A stretch of 64,000 nt of DNA from assembly GCA_950097015.1 (NCBI GenBank), contig CATNEN010000005.1:806001-870000 (forward strand). The letters are read 5' to 3'. Shown here one piece after another: positions 38,201 to 50,200 of this stretch. The translations under genes and the position numbers were made by a program. Positions within the stretch are counted from its first letter, which is position 1; each line of letters begins with the position of its first letter. The notes beneath the pieces are model-generated. The model saw only the letters and a list, made by a program, of their open reading frames with translations, searched no databases and was not told the DNA's origin. Origin of the DNA: Macrostomum hystrix (taxonomy: Eukaryota > Animalia > Platyhelminthes).

Positions 38201-41200
38201 AGTGTACACTGCGGGCCGCGAACTCTAAGCTGCTTACACTACTTTCCCCCTAGAAGCAGTTCCGTCAAGCAAAGCCAGCCATGTAAAAGTCAGGAGGCCG
38301 GCGTTCTCTCGCCGAGCGTCGGAGAGCCTCGGCCGGCTCGGGCGGGGCCGCCGGCGGATCATCGGGCTGCACGTTTTGGTCCGGTTCCGGCCAGCCGACC
38401 ACCGCATCGCCACCCGGGTCAGCCGCTGGACTGGGCGGTCGCACGGCGAGGCCGTTGGCGTTCGTGTCGGCATCGGCGGCAGCAGGCAGCTCCAGCGACG
38501 GCCGCCGCTGAATGAAGAGTCGGAGCCGGTCGTGGTGCACCACCAGCTTGCGCCGGCGGCCTGCCTGGTCCTGGATGCGGTAGTTCACCTCGCCGAGGCG
38601 CCGCAGGATCCGATACGGCCCCTTCCATTTGTCGCTGAGGCACCGCGTCTGGCCGCGCTTGACGACGGAGTTGCGCAGCATTACCAGCTGGCCCTCTTCA
38701 AACGGCACGAATCTGGCACCCTGGTTGACTCGCTGGTTGCGCGCCGCCTGGGCGTCCCGCAGCCGGCCGTGCACCGCGTCAAAGGCGCCCTGCAGGTTCG
38801 CTTGCGTCTGCTGCAGAAAGTCGTGCGGGCTGCCGCTCGCCGCCTTGTCGCCGTCCACCAGCCAGCTGTCGAGCGCCAGCCGCGGCGGCCAGCCATGCAG
38901 GACCTGGTACGGGCTGAGGCCGGTGGTGCTGTGCACAGAGGTGTTATAGGCCCAGGTAACGTAGTGCAGCTTCCGGTCCCAGTCCTGCTGGCTCTCCGAC
39001 ACGACCGTCGCCAGCATGTCGCCCAGTGTCCGGTTGCCGCGCTCCACGACGCCGTTGCCGCTTGGGTGGAATGGCGATGTGCGAGTTTTCTCGATGCCCA
39101 GCTGCTCGCAGAGCCGGACGAAGACGTCGCTCTCAAACTGCCGTCCTTGGTCGCTGTGCAGCACTTGTGGGGCACCGTGCCGCAGCACAACGGCTCTGAG
39201 CAGCGCATCCGCCACCGTCACGGCGTCGATCGTCGCCAGCGCCGATGTCTCCATCCACTTGGAGAAGGTGTCGCACATGCTGAGGATGTAGGCGTTGCCG
39301 TCTGTCGTGCGCGGCAGCGGGCCTTTAATATCGATCTGCACCTGCTGCCAAGGCGCTGTCGGCTGGCCTGTCGTCTGCAGCGGTGCCCGCTGCGGTCTGG
39401 TCGGACTCTTCTTGGTTAGGCAGGCGGCGCAGCTCGCCACCCAGTTCTCCACGTCCCGCCGCAGGCCCGGCCACCAGCAGCGCTCCGCCAGCCTCGCCAC
39501 CGTCCTGTCAACACCGAGGTGGGCGCTCTGGTCGCTGGAATGCGCCTCCTGCAGGAAGTGCGGCCGCAGGTGGCTGGGAATGACCGGCTTGCCGTGGAAC
39601 AGCAGGACGCCCGCCGTACTTATTGATGCCCCGTCCAGCAGCTCGCGAACCTGCGCCGCCCAGGTGTCAGACAGATTGTCGATTCCTGTCGCTAGCGCAT
39701 GGAACGCCTTGCTCAGTAGCGTGTCCTGCCGCTGCTCCTCATGCAGGCGCGCGGCCTCCCAGCGGGGCTGCAGGCGCGTGCCGGCCACCCGGCTCAGTGC
39801 GTCCGGCACAACGTTCTCCCGGCCTGGCCGGTACAGCAGCGAGAAGGAGAACTGCTGCAGCGTAGACAGCCACCGCGCCAGCCTGCCTTCCGGGTCCTTG
39901 GTCGCCAGCAGTCCCTGAAGCGGCCGATGGTCGGAGTAGACGGTGAAGCTGGGAACACTGAGCAAGTACGTTCTGAAGTGCTTCAAGCTCCACACCAGCG
40001 CCAGCAGCTCCCGGTCTGTCGCCGAGTAATTTCGCTCCGCCTTGTTGAGCGTGCGCGATGCGAAAGCCACAGGCAGCTCAGCGTCCCCGTGCAACTGGCT
40101 GAGCACGGCGCCCACTGCGAACTGGCTGCTGTCGCAGCTCAAAACGAACTGCTTGCTGAAGTCGGGCAGCCGCAGCACCGGGGCAGTCGTCAACTTGTCC
40201 TTCAGCTCGTTGAACGCCCGCTCGCAACTGCTGCTCCATCTAAAGTCTCTCGCTGTCTGGCTGACGTCGTGCAGCACCCTCGCAGTCTGGCTGAAGTCCT
40301 GGATGAAGCGGCGATAGAAGCCTAGCATGCCGAGGAACCGCTTCACCTCCTCTGCTGTCGTCGGGCTGGGCATGCTGCGGATGGCGTCCACCTTGCTCGG
40401 GTCTGGCGCGATGCCCTGCTCGCTGACCCGGTGCCCCAGGTACAGCACCTGGCGGTGGCCGAAGACACTCTTTGCCCTGTGCAGCTTGAGCCCGGCCCCT
40501 CTAAGCCGCTGAAGGACCTGTGCTAGCCGCGCCAGATGCTCGTTGAAGGTTCTGCTGAAGACGATGATGTCGTCGATGTAGGTCAGCACCACCTCCCAGG
40601 ATAAGCCGGACATGACGAGCTCCATAAGGCGCTGAAATGTCGCTGGGGCGTTGCACATCCCGAAGCCCATCTTGCGGAACTGCATCAGAAGGCAGTCTTT
40701 GGCCGGTCTTCCTCTGCCACCTCCACCTGGTGATAACCCTGCCGGCAATCGATGGTGGAGAACCAGGAACAGCCGACCAGTGCGTCCATGGCTTGCTGCA
40801 GATGCGGCAGCGGGTAGGCGTCCTTGACTGTGCAGGCGTTCAGCTGTCGCCAGTCGGTGCAGAGCCTGATGTCGCCGTTCTTCTTGCGCACAACCAGGAG
40901 GTTGCTGGCCCAAGGAGACATGGACGGCTCGATGATGCCGCTGTCCAGCATCTGGCCGATCTTCTTGTCTACCTGGTCCCGCACGGACAGAGGCAGACGT
41001 CGCTGAACCTGCCTGTGCGGCCGCGTTCCGGGCTCCAGATCTATCCTGTGCTGCAGCAGCTCCGTGTTGCCCAGGTCGTACTCGTGCCTTGCGAAAAGGT
41101 CCTCGTTTTGCTCCAGCAGCTGGCGCAGCTTCTCCGCATCCGCCTCGGACAGCTCCGGGTTGATGTTCCAGCCGAGGGGGTCCTCCTGGAAATAGTCGCT

Positions 41201-44200
41201 CCTCCCCCCGGCCATCGCACCCTCGAACGTCCCGACGGCTTTATTGGCGTACAGAAGCACGGGCTCCTCGGCCAGGTTGCACATCTTGACGGGGATTCGG
41301 CCGTCGTCCGAGATAGTCAGCACGCGCGCCGAAAGCACCGCCGTGGCTGCTACGAAGTCCTCGCAGGGCTTGAACACCCCCTGCTCTCGGCTGGAGTCCA
41401 CCCGGAGCCATACGACCTTCTCGCTCCGCGCCGGCAGCTCCGTGTTGACCGCCACGCGCGCCACCAGAACGCTTGGCACCAGGCGGCAACTGGCCCGCGG
41501 CTGCTCGCTGCTGAAAGCCACCGTATCGCTGTCGAACCGGACGACGCCTTCCTTCATGTCGATGGTCACCGTCTGCGACACCCGGCCGATGAAGTCCATG
41601 CCGAGAATCAGTCTAGGCTGGATGCCGTCCACCACGGTAAAACTGTGCCGCGCTCGAATCGCGCTGCCGATCGCAACCTCCGCCGTCGTCAGGCCAAGGC
41701 AGCGCAGCCGCGAGCCGTCGACAGAGGTCGGCATGACGCTGATGTCGCTGCAGTCGAGCCGGCAGTCAAGCTTGTCGTACAGCGACTTGTCCATCAGCGA
41801 AATCTGCGCGCCCGTGTCCAGCAGGGCGGGCGAGCTGTGCCTGCCGAAACGCACTGGCACAAAGATGGACGACGCTGATCTGTGGGCCCCTTGAGAGGGG
41901 GTCGGCGCTGGCCCCAGGCTGCCGACCCTCAGCAGTTTCCCTGCGGCTGTGCAGCTGGTGTCGGGCAGACCGCCGCCGTGTGCCCCTTGCCTGAGCACCT
42001 GCTGCAGCGGGCTCCTGCCGCTCTCGGGCACTGCCTCGCGATGTGGCCAACTTCCCCGCAGCTGAAGCACTTGATGGCCCTTTGACGGCTTTCCTTGCCT
42101 GCGGCTCCCGTTCGCACACCTGCAGCCAGCTGCTGAACCTGCTGCTCCAGACGGCTGATCCGACTGTCCTCCGCCGTCACGGCTGCTGACGTCGCTGATG
42201 ACTGGCGACTCACCAACTCAATGCGGGCCGCTCGGTCAATCAGGACTGTCAACGGACAGGAGTCCGCGTCCTGGTCTTTGAGCAGCGTATCTCTTACAGC
42301 TGCTGGGAGGAGGCGCATCAAGCGGAACTTCACGTCCTTCTCCCTGGCGTCCACAGAGTCGTCTGGCCGAGCCCGGAGGTGCAGCAGCTTGAGGTTGTAC
42401 GCCAGCTCTCTCAAAGACTCATTTGGCCGACGTTTGCGTTCCTCAAACTCCTCCATCGCCCGGTAGCTGCTCAGGCTGTCGCCGAAGTGCCCGATGAGCT
42501 CCACCTTAAGCTGCTCGTAGCTCACTTTCTTTTCGTCTGGAAGTTCCCACACAAAGATCTGTGCCTCTCCAGACAGCAGCAGCTTCAACTTCTTCGCCTT
42601 CTTCTTATCGTCCCAGTCGCTGTCATCGGCGAAGTCTTCAAACATGCTTAGCCACATTCTGACATTTGAGTCACTGCCGGCGCCGCTGAACTTTTGCGGC
42701 AGTAAAGATTCTTGCTTAGTCATGCTGAGACCGCTGCCACCAGTGTAAGACGCTGGTTTGTCAGGTAGCATGCACACAAAACGCGAAGAGCCATACCGGC
42801 TCGCTGGCACTATTATATTTGGCCAGAAACACTGGGTGGGCGTACCCACCCCCCAATCACGCCACGCAAGCACGCACGCAGGCGTGTACGCTCTACCCCC
42901 CGCAGTGTACACTGCGGGCCGCGAACTCTAAGCTGCTTACAGCATGAATTATCGAGGGGTTAGCATGACTTATCGAGTGGTTAGCATGACTTATCGAGTG
43001 GTTAGCATGAATTATCGAGGGGTTAGCATGACTTATCGAGTGGTTAGCATGAATTATCGAGGGGTTAGCATGACTTATCGAGTGGTTAGCATGACTTATC
43101 GAGTGGTTAGCATGACTTATCGAGGTTAGCATGAATTATCGAGGGGTTAGCATGACTTATCGAGTGGTTAGCATGAATTATCGAGTGGTTAGCATGACTT
43201 ATCGAGGGGAAGCATGACTTATCGAGGGGAAGCATGACTTATCGAGGGGAAGCATGACTTATCGAGTGGTTAGCATGAATTATCGAGTGGTTAGCATGAA
43301 TTATCGAGTGGTTAGCATGAATTATCGAGTGGTTAGCATGAATTATCGAGTGGTTAGCATGACTTATCGAGGGGAAGCATGACTTATCGAGGGGAAGCAT
43401 GACTTATCGAGGGGAAGCATGAATTATCGAGGGGAAGCATGACTTATCGAGGGGAAGCATGAATTATCGAGTGGTTAGCATGAATTATCGAGTGGTTAGC
43501 ATGAATTATCGAGTGGTTAGCATGACTTATCGAGGGGAAGCATGACTTATCGAGTGGTTAGCATGAATTATCGAGTGGTTAGCATGAATTATCGAGTGGT
43601 TAGCATGAATTATCGAGTGGTTAGCATGAATTATCGAGTGGTTAGCATGAATTATCGAGTGGTTAGCATGAATTATCGAGTGGTTAGCATGAATTATCGA
43701 GTGGTTAGCATGACTTATCGAGGGGAAGCATGACTTATCGAGGGGAAGCATGAATTATCGAGGGGAAGCATGACTTATCAAGGGGAAGCATGACTTATCG
43801 AGTGGTTAGCATGAATTATCGAGTGGTTAGCATGAATTATCGAGGGGTTAGCATGAATTTTCGAGTGGTTAGCATGAATTATCGAGGGGAAGCATGAATT
43901 ATCTGGGAGTGCCAAGCTTCGTCAAGGGATATATCAAAGGGGTAGTATGATTTATCGGGGAGATATCAAGAAAAGATAAGCGTAGTATTTAAGCTGCATA
44001 TGTTTAATTTTTCCTTTTTAGGGCTGTGAAGCGTGATTTTTCCGCCAAATAAGTGGGTTTTGGTTGCTAGTCCTATGAACTAAATGTAAAACGTCAGTTT
44101 GTTTTACAACCTTAGGGTACATGCTTGCAAATTTTAGGATTGCATTTAAAATGCAATCCGGTTACGCTTTAACTCGTAGGCATGATGAGCTATATTGTGA

Positions 44201-47200
44201 CCTGAGGTCGCACTTTTTAAAAAATTATGCTGCAAACCTATTTTAGATCCAAAAGAAAGAAGCCAGTATTTTTGCTGGAGGTGCACGGGCAATGGCGCAT
44301 CTACTAACACATGCGCACGGGGGGTTCGAGCTTGGGGAAGCATAGTGCTAGAGGCAAACACTTTAACTCGCTCACCCCCCAATCCCCCAATCAGAGGAGG
44401 AATGGATCGCCGAAGTTTACACTGGCAATTTGCAAAACGCCGGCACTGATGCCAAAGTGTTCCTGGCTCTGTACGGCGATCTTGGCAAATCTGAGGACAT
44501 CTACGTCGGCGACGATGACAAGAGGCGCGACTTCTTTGCCAAGGGAAAGATGGACAGCTTCAAGCTGCACACACCCGCTGTGGGAACGCCGTTTAAACTG
44601 CGAGTCGGTCACGACAACAGCGGAACAGCGCCAGGTTGGTTCCTGGAAAAGGTTGTCATGCAACGGCCGTCTACGCGAGAGGCTTTTGAGTTTCGCTGCG
44701 ATCGCTGGCTGGCTGATAGCGAAGGCGATCGGGCCTGCATTCGAGAACTGCCGGCTTTTGGTTCCACTGTGCTGGAATCGATGCCCCGTGAGTTTCAACT
44801 AAGGGGGCTTGACGGCCACAGCTTGGGGAGGGGGTTAATAGTCACAGCTTGTGGAAGGGGTTGATAGTCACATCTTGGGGAAGGGGTTGATAGTCACAGC
44901 TTGGGGAAGGGGTTGATAGTCACAGCTTGGGGAGGGGGTTGATAGTCACATCTTGGGGAAGGGGTTGATAGTCACAGCTTGGGGAGGGGGTTGATAGTCA
45001 CAGCTTGGGGAAGGGGTTGATAGTCACAGCTTGGGGAGGGGGTTGATAGTCACAGCTTGGGGAGGGGGTTGATAGTCACATCTTGGGGAAGGGGTTGATA
45101 GTCACAGCTTGGGGAGGGGGTTGATAGTCACAGCTTGGGGAGGGGGTTGATAGTCACAGCTTGGGGAAGGGGTTGATAGTCACAGCTTGGGGAGGGGGTT
45201 GATAGTCACAGCTTGGCGATGGGGGTTGATAGTCACAGCTTGGGGAGGAGTTTGACGGCCACAGCTTGGGGAAGGGGTTGATAGCCACAGCTTTGGGGGG
45301 GGGGGCTGACGGTCACTTTCTATCTAGTGTCGGTTTTTAAGAGTAAAGTGGAATAGAATTTAGAATTTTGCAGTGGAAACCTACTACCAGAAAAATTAAC
45401 AATAGTGGATGTTATCGCGCGATGATATAAATCGCGTTAGGATGCCAGCGATTTACTGTTGTCAAGGAGACAAGAACTGCTAGAATGCAAGCTTTCAAAA
45501 GAATAAGATCAATTCACGTTCTCATGCAATAGCTGCTCTATTGTGTTCTGCTGCCAGGAAATGAAAATTTGTTATTTTTATCACCCTAACAACGTTTTCT
45601 ATTTTTCCACACCCAACAATGACGCGTCACACCGCAGTGCAAAAGTACCACATCCTGGTGAAGACTGGCAAGATGCGCTATGCTGGTACAGACGCCAATG
45701 TGTATTGCAACCTGTTTGGCAACAAGTCCGACACTGGCAATAGGCCGCTGAAATTTCCGGTTAACAATCGCAATCCATTTGAAAGGAAACAGGTGAGTGT
45801 GCTAATTGCACCTGAATAAAGTACTTTAGCGGTGTCATAAGATATGCATAATAAGCAGAATGTCTAACTTAGATGCACATTTTAACGAACGTTTAAAAGT
45901 AACGCTTTAAATTCTAATATTGACTGAATCCATACACAAACTATCTTTCTTATTTAGATTCTATTTGATCGAAAATCGGTAACTACGAGTACATTGTAAA
46001 ACTATGTTCACCTAATACGAGCTATTTTCCTACTTCCAAAGTCTGTTTTCAAATCTATGAGTATAGTTTGGTCTAGGGCACAAAGTTATGGGCAGTTTAG
46101 TAAGACTGGTGTAGCAAGTCGTGGCCATAGACATCAATGCGAGCAACGGTCGGTCTTCATTGGTAGACCCGGAGAAATCCTTACAAAATGATGCAATGTA
46201 CATGCCCACATGTTAAACGTTTGTGGTAAAACCACAAAGTTACTATAACTTTGTAATCTGTAAAATTGCCGATTTTTTTATTTTGAAAGCTTTCCTTTTA
46301 TGCAGACTATCACCTAATGTTGTGTTTTCTATATGTAGTTTAGTTAAGTTTTAGTTTAGCTTATACCGCCCATACATGAATGCCTCGCAACTTAGTTTCC
46401 ATCCCTTAGATCAAGTTATTTATCAGAAGGCATTCTTGTGTTGATTCGTCCCAACGCATGGTTACAAACAGCTTCACGAGACCCAATGTCGTGCTGTTTT
46501 TTTACGCGCTGCTGTGTTTCACTTTGAACTGCTATGTGACTTGTGCTAGAAATCATCTATACTCAGTTGCTACATCAATATCCCATCTGGATCCTGAAGC
46601 TCGATAATTTGATAGGATTATCGTTTACTTTAGGAGCGATAATTTTTCATGTCTCACTCTCAGATACACTCATAGATGACATTTCTTTCTGTATAAGGCT
46701 ATGTTTTTTGCTAACCTTATTTTGTCACTTACTTTCCGCAACAAAGGAACATCTAAAGACGCACACAAAAACTCAGATTTTATCACAGATACTAAATACT
46801 AATACTAATGGTATTTAGTATCTGTGGATTTTATAGAATGAATTTGGGACACTCGAAGCAATTCACAAGAGCACCTAAAGTAATTCACAGGAATACTCGA
46901 AGGAATCCACAAGAACACTCGAAGGAATTTACAAGAACACTCGAAGGAATTTACAAGAACACTCGAAGGAATTTACAAGAACACTCGAAGGAATTTACAA
47001 GAACACTCGAAGGAATTTACAAGAACACTCGAAGGAATTTACAAGAACACTCGAAGGAATTTACAAGAACACTCGAAGGAATCCACAAGAACACTCGAAG
47101 GAATTTACAAGAACACTCGATGGAATTTACAAGAACACTCGAAGGAATCCACCAGAAAACTCGAATTCACAGGAACACTCGAAGGAATTTACAAGAACAC

Positions 47201-50200
47201 TCGATGGAATTTACAAGAACACTCGAAGGAATCCACCAGAAAACTCGAATTCACAGGAACACTCGAAGGAATTTACAAGAACACTCGAAGGAATTTACAA
47301 GAACACTCGAAGGAATTTACAAGAACACTCGAAGGAATTTACAAGAACACTCGAAGGAATTTACAAGAACACTCGAAGGAATTTACAAGAACACTCGAAG
47401 GAATTTACAAGAACACTCGAAGGAATTTACAAGAACACTCGAAGGAATCCACAAGAACACTCGAAGGAATCCACAGGAACACTCAAAGGAATCCACAAGA
47501 ACACTCGAATTCACAAGAACACTCGAATTCACAAGAACACTCGAAGGAATCCACAAGAACACTCGAAGGAATCCACAAGAACACTCGAAGGAATCCACAA
47601 GAACACTCGAAGGAATCCACAAGAACACTCGAAGGAATCCACAAGAACACTCGAAGGAATCCACAAGAACACTCGAAGGAATCCACAAGAACACTCGAAT
47701 TCACAGGAACACTCGAATTCACAGGAACACTCGAATTCACAAGAACACTCGAATTCACAGGAACACTCGAATTCACAAGAACACTCGAATTCACAGGAAC
47801 ACTCGAAGGAATCCACAAGAACACTCGAAGGAATCCACAAGAACACTCGAATTCACAAGAACACTCGAATTCACAAGAACACTCGAATTCACAAGAACAC
47901 TCGAATTCACAGGAACACTCGAATTCACAGGAACACTCGAAGGAATTTACAAGAACACTCGAAGGAATTTACAAGAACACTCGAAGGAATCCACAAGAAC
48001 ACTCGAAGGAATTTACAAGAACACTCGAAGGAATTTACAAGAACACTCGAAGGAATCCACAAGAACACTCGAAGGAATCCACAGGAACACTCAAAGGAAT
48101 CCACAAGAACACTCGAATTCACAAGAACACTCGAATTCACAAGAACACTCGAAGGAATCCACAAGAACACTCGAAGGAATCCACAAGAACACTCGAAGGA
48201 ATCCACAAGAACACTCGAAGGAATCCACAAGAACACTCGAAGGAATCCACAAGAACACTCGAAGGAATCCACAAGAACACTCGAAGGAATCCACAAGAAC
48301 ACTCGAATTCACAGGAACACTCGAATTCACAGGAACACTCGAATTCACAAGAACACTCGAATTCACAGGAACACTCGAATTCACAAGAACACTCGAATTC
48401 ACAGGAACACTCGAAGGAATCCACAAGAACACTCGAAGGAATCCACAAGAACACTCGAATTCACAAGAACACTCGAATTCACAAGAACACTCGAATTCAC
48501 AAGAACACTCGAATTCACAGGAACACTCGAATTCACAGGAACACTCGAATTCACAAGAACACTCGAAGGAATCCACAAGAACACTCGAAGGAATCCACAA
48601 GAACACTCGAAGGAATCCACAAGAACACTCGAAGGAATCCACAAGAACACTCGAAGGAATCCACAAGAACACTCGAAGGAATCCACAAGAACACTCGAAT
48701 TCACAGGAACACTCGAAGGAATCCACAAGAGCACTCGAAGGAATCCACAAGAACACTCGAAGGAATCCACAAGAACACTCAAAGGAATCCACAAGAACAC
48801 TCGAATTCACAAGAACACTCGAATTCACAAGAACACTCGAATCCACAAGAACACTCGAAGGAATCCACAGGAACACTCGAAGGAATCCACACGAACACTC
48901 GAAGGAATCCACAGGAACACTCGAAGGAATCCACAGGAACACTCGAAGGAATCCACAGGAACACTCGAAGGAATCCACAGGAACACTCGAAGGAATCCAC
49001 AGGAACACTCGAATCCACAGGAACACTCGAAGGAATCCACAGAAACAATCGGTCGGGAAATCACAGAAATATCTTAGTTAGATAATCCTGGCGGACATAA
49101 AAGAGACACATTTTTGTGATAATTTCGATGATAAATATGCTGGTATAAGATTTATGAAAGCCCTAAAAAACAATTTTTTACCTTTGTCAAGGCATTTGTT
49201 TTTATAAAATTTCTGATGAATTTAGAGCAGTTTCTATCCGATTTGCATATTGTCTTCGTATCGCTCTCACCGCCGACCTGAATCCTGGACTCTAAAAAAC
49301 ATTCCTAGACCAAATTTTATTTTACAGCACTGGGATAAATGCATTCCATTAGAGAGATAACTGACGCCATTGCTTCATTATTTTGTTCTGACCCAGAGTC
49401 TATAGTTTAACAATCGGTAGTCGAAATTAGATTTTTATTACATTATTTCAGGATTATTATATGTATGAACTCTAAATATTCATTGGCTTTCTGGTGTCAT
49501 TGTTTGTGGCGAGTCAATTAATGTGCCATGATTTTTAGGAGGACGAGTTCATTATCGAAGCCGTCGGCCTGGGAGATCAGATTGACAAGGTGCGAATCGG
49601 GCACGACGGTACGAAACCCGGTGCTGGCTGGTACCTGGAAAAGGTGACAGTCTGGTGCGAGGATCGGCCCGAGCACAAGTGGGATTTCATTTGCGACAGG
49701 TAACTCAATGGGATTTGGCATTTAAACTCGCGTCTAGACTGCAGAGCTTTTCACATAAGTCCTTTCCAAACCAGCTGGCTGCAATTCTCGCCAAAAAAAA
49801 CTAGTTTATGAGTGCGTCTATCCGACTGCATGGAGCACCCGATTCAGGACATCCGCTGCGTCCGCTGGTTGTAGAGGCATCTGACACTCACTTGCCGTGT
49901 GCGCGGTCACACAAGCTTGTGTGTGGCCAGTTCAAAATAGTTTCACACTCCTGATGCTTGCGCATGGCATCCTGTCATTAGTGGTTGCTAGGCTTGAGTA
50001 GGTGTGAAAAATATGAGGGAAAGGCTGAGAGACGAGAGCGAAGATGCCGGGTCAAGGACTGCATCTTGCTTCATGCATCTCGTACAACAATCGAACAGGC
50101 CAGAGTGGAGTCGCGGTAAGAGCGAGCAGACACCTGTTCGTGACAGACTAGCAGCTAGCCGTGTGAGTTTCTGGCATTTGACCTGGCATTCCAGCTAGCC

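Larger units (their letters stand above)
38041..42941 (-). mobile_element. Full-length Ty3/Gypsy LTR retrotransposon (4901 bp), very recent insertion
   Basis: TG...CA LTRs of 198 bp with no differences by eye; 4-bp TSD GCAT (38037-40, 42942-45); PBS; polypurine tract GGGGGAAAGTAG; domain order gag-PR-RT-RNaseH-IN. Confidence 0.97.

Noticed and set aside
38376-41894. Long plus-strand ORFs antisense to pol
   Set aside because: These are typical shadow ORFs of GC-rich coding sequence, with no env-like or other domain features.
42724-42912. N-terminal extension of the gag ORF
   Set aside because: It lies in the LTR and PBS; the first ATG after the PBS is at 42723.
46808-49081. 757-aa ORF
   Set aside because: It is the translation of a 22/18-bp minisatellite that lacks stop codons. 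It is open in several frames on both strands and lies within an intron whose flanking exons join in frame.
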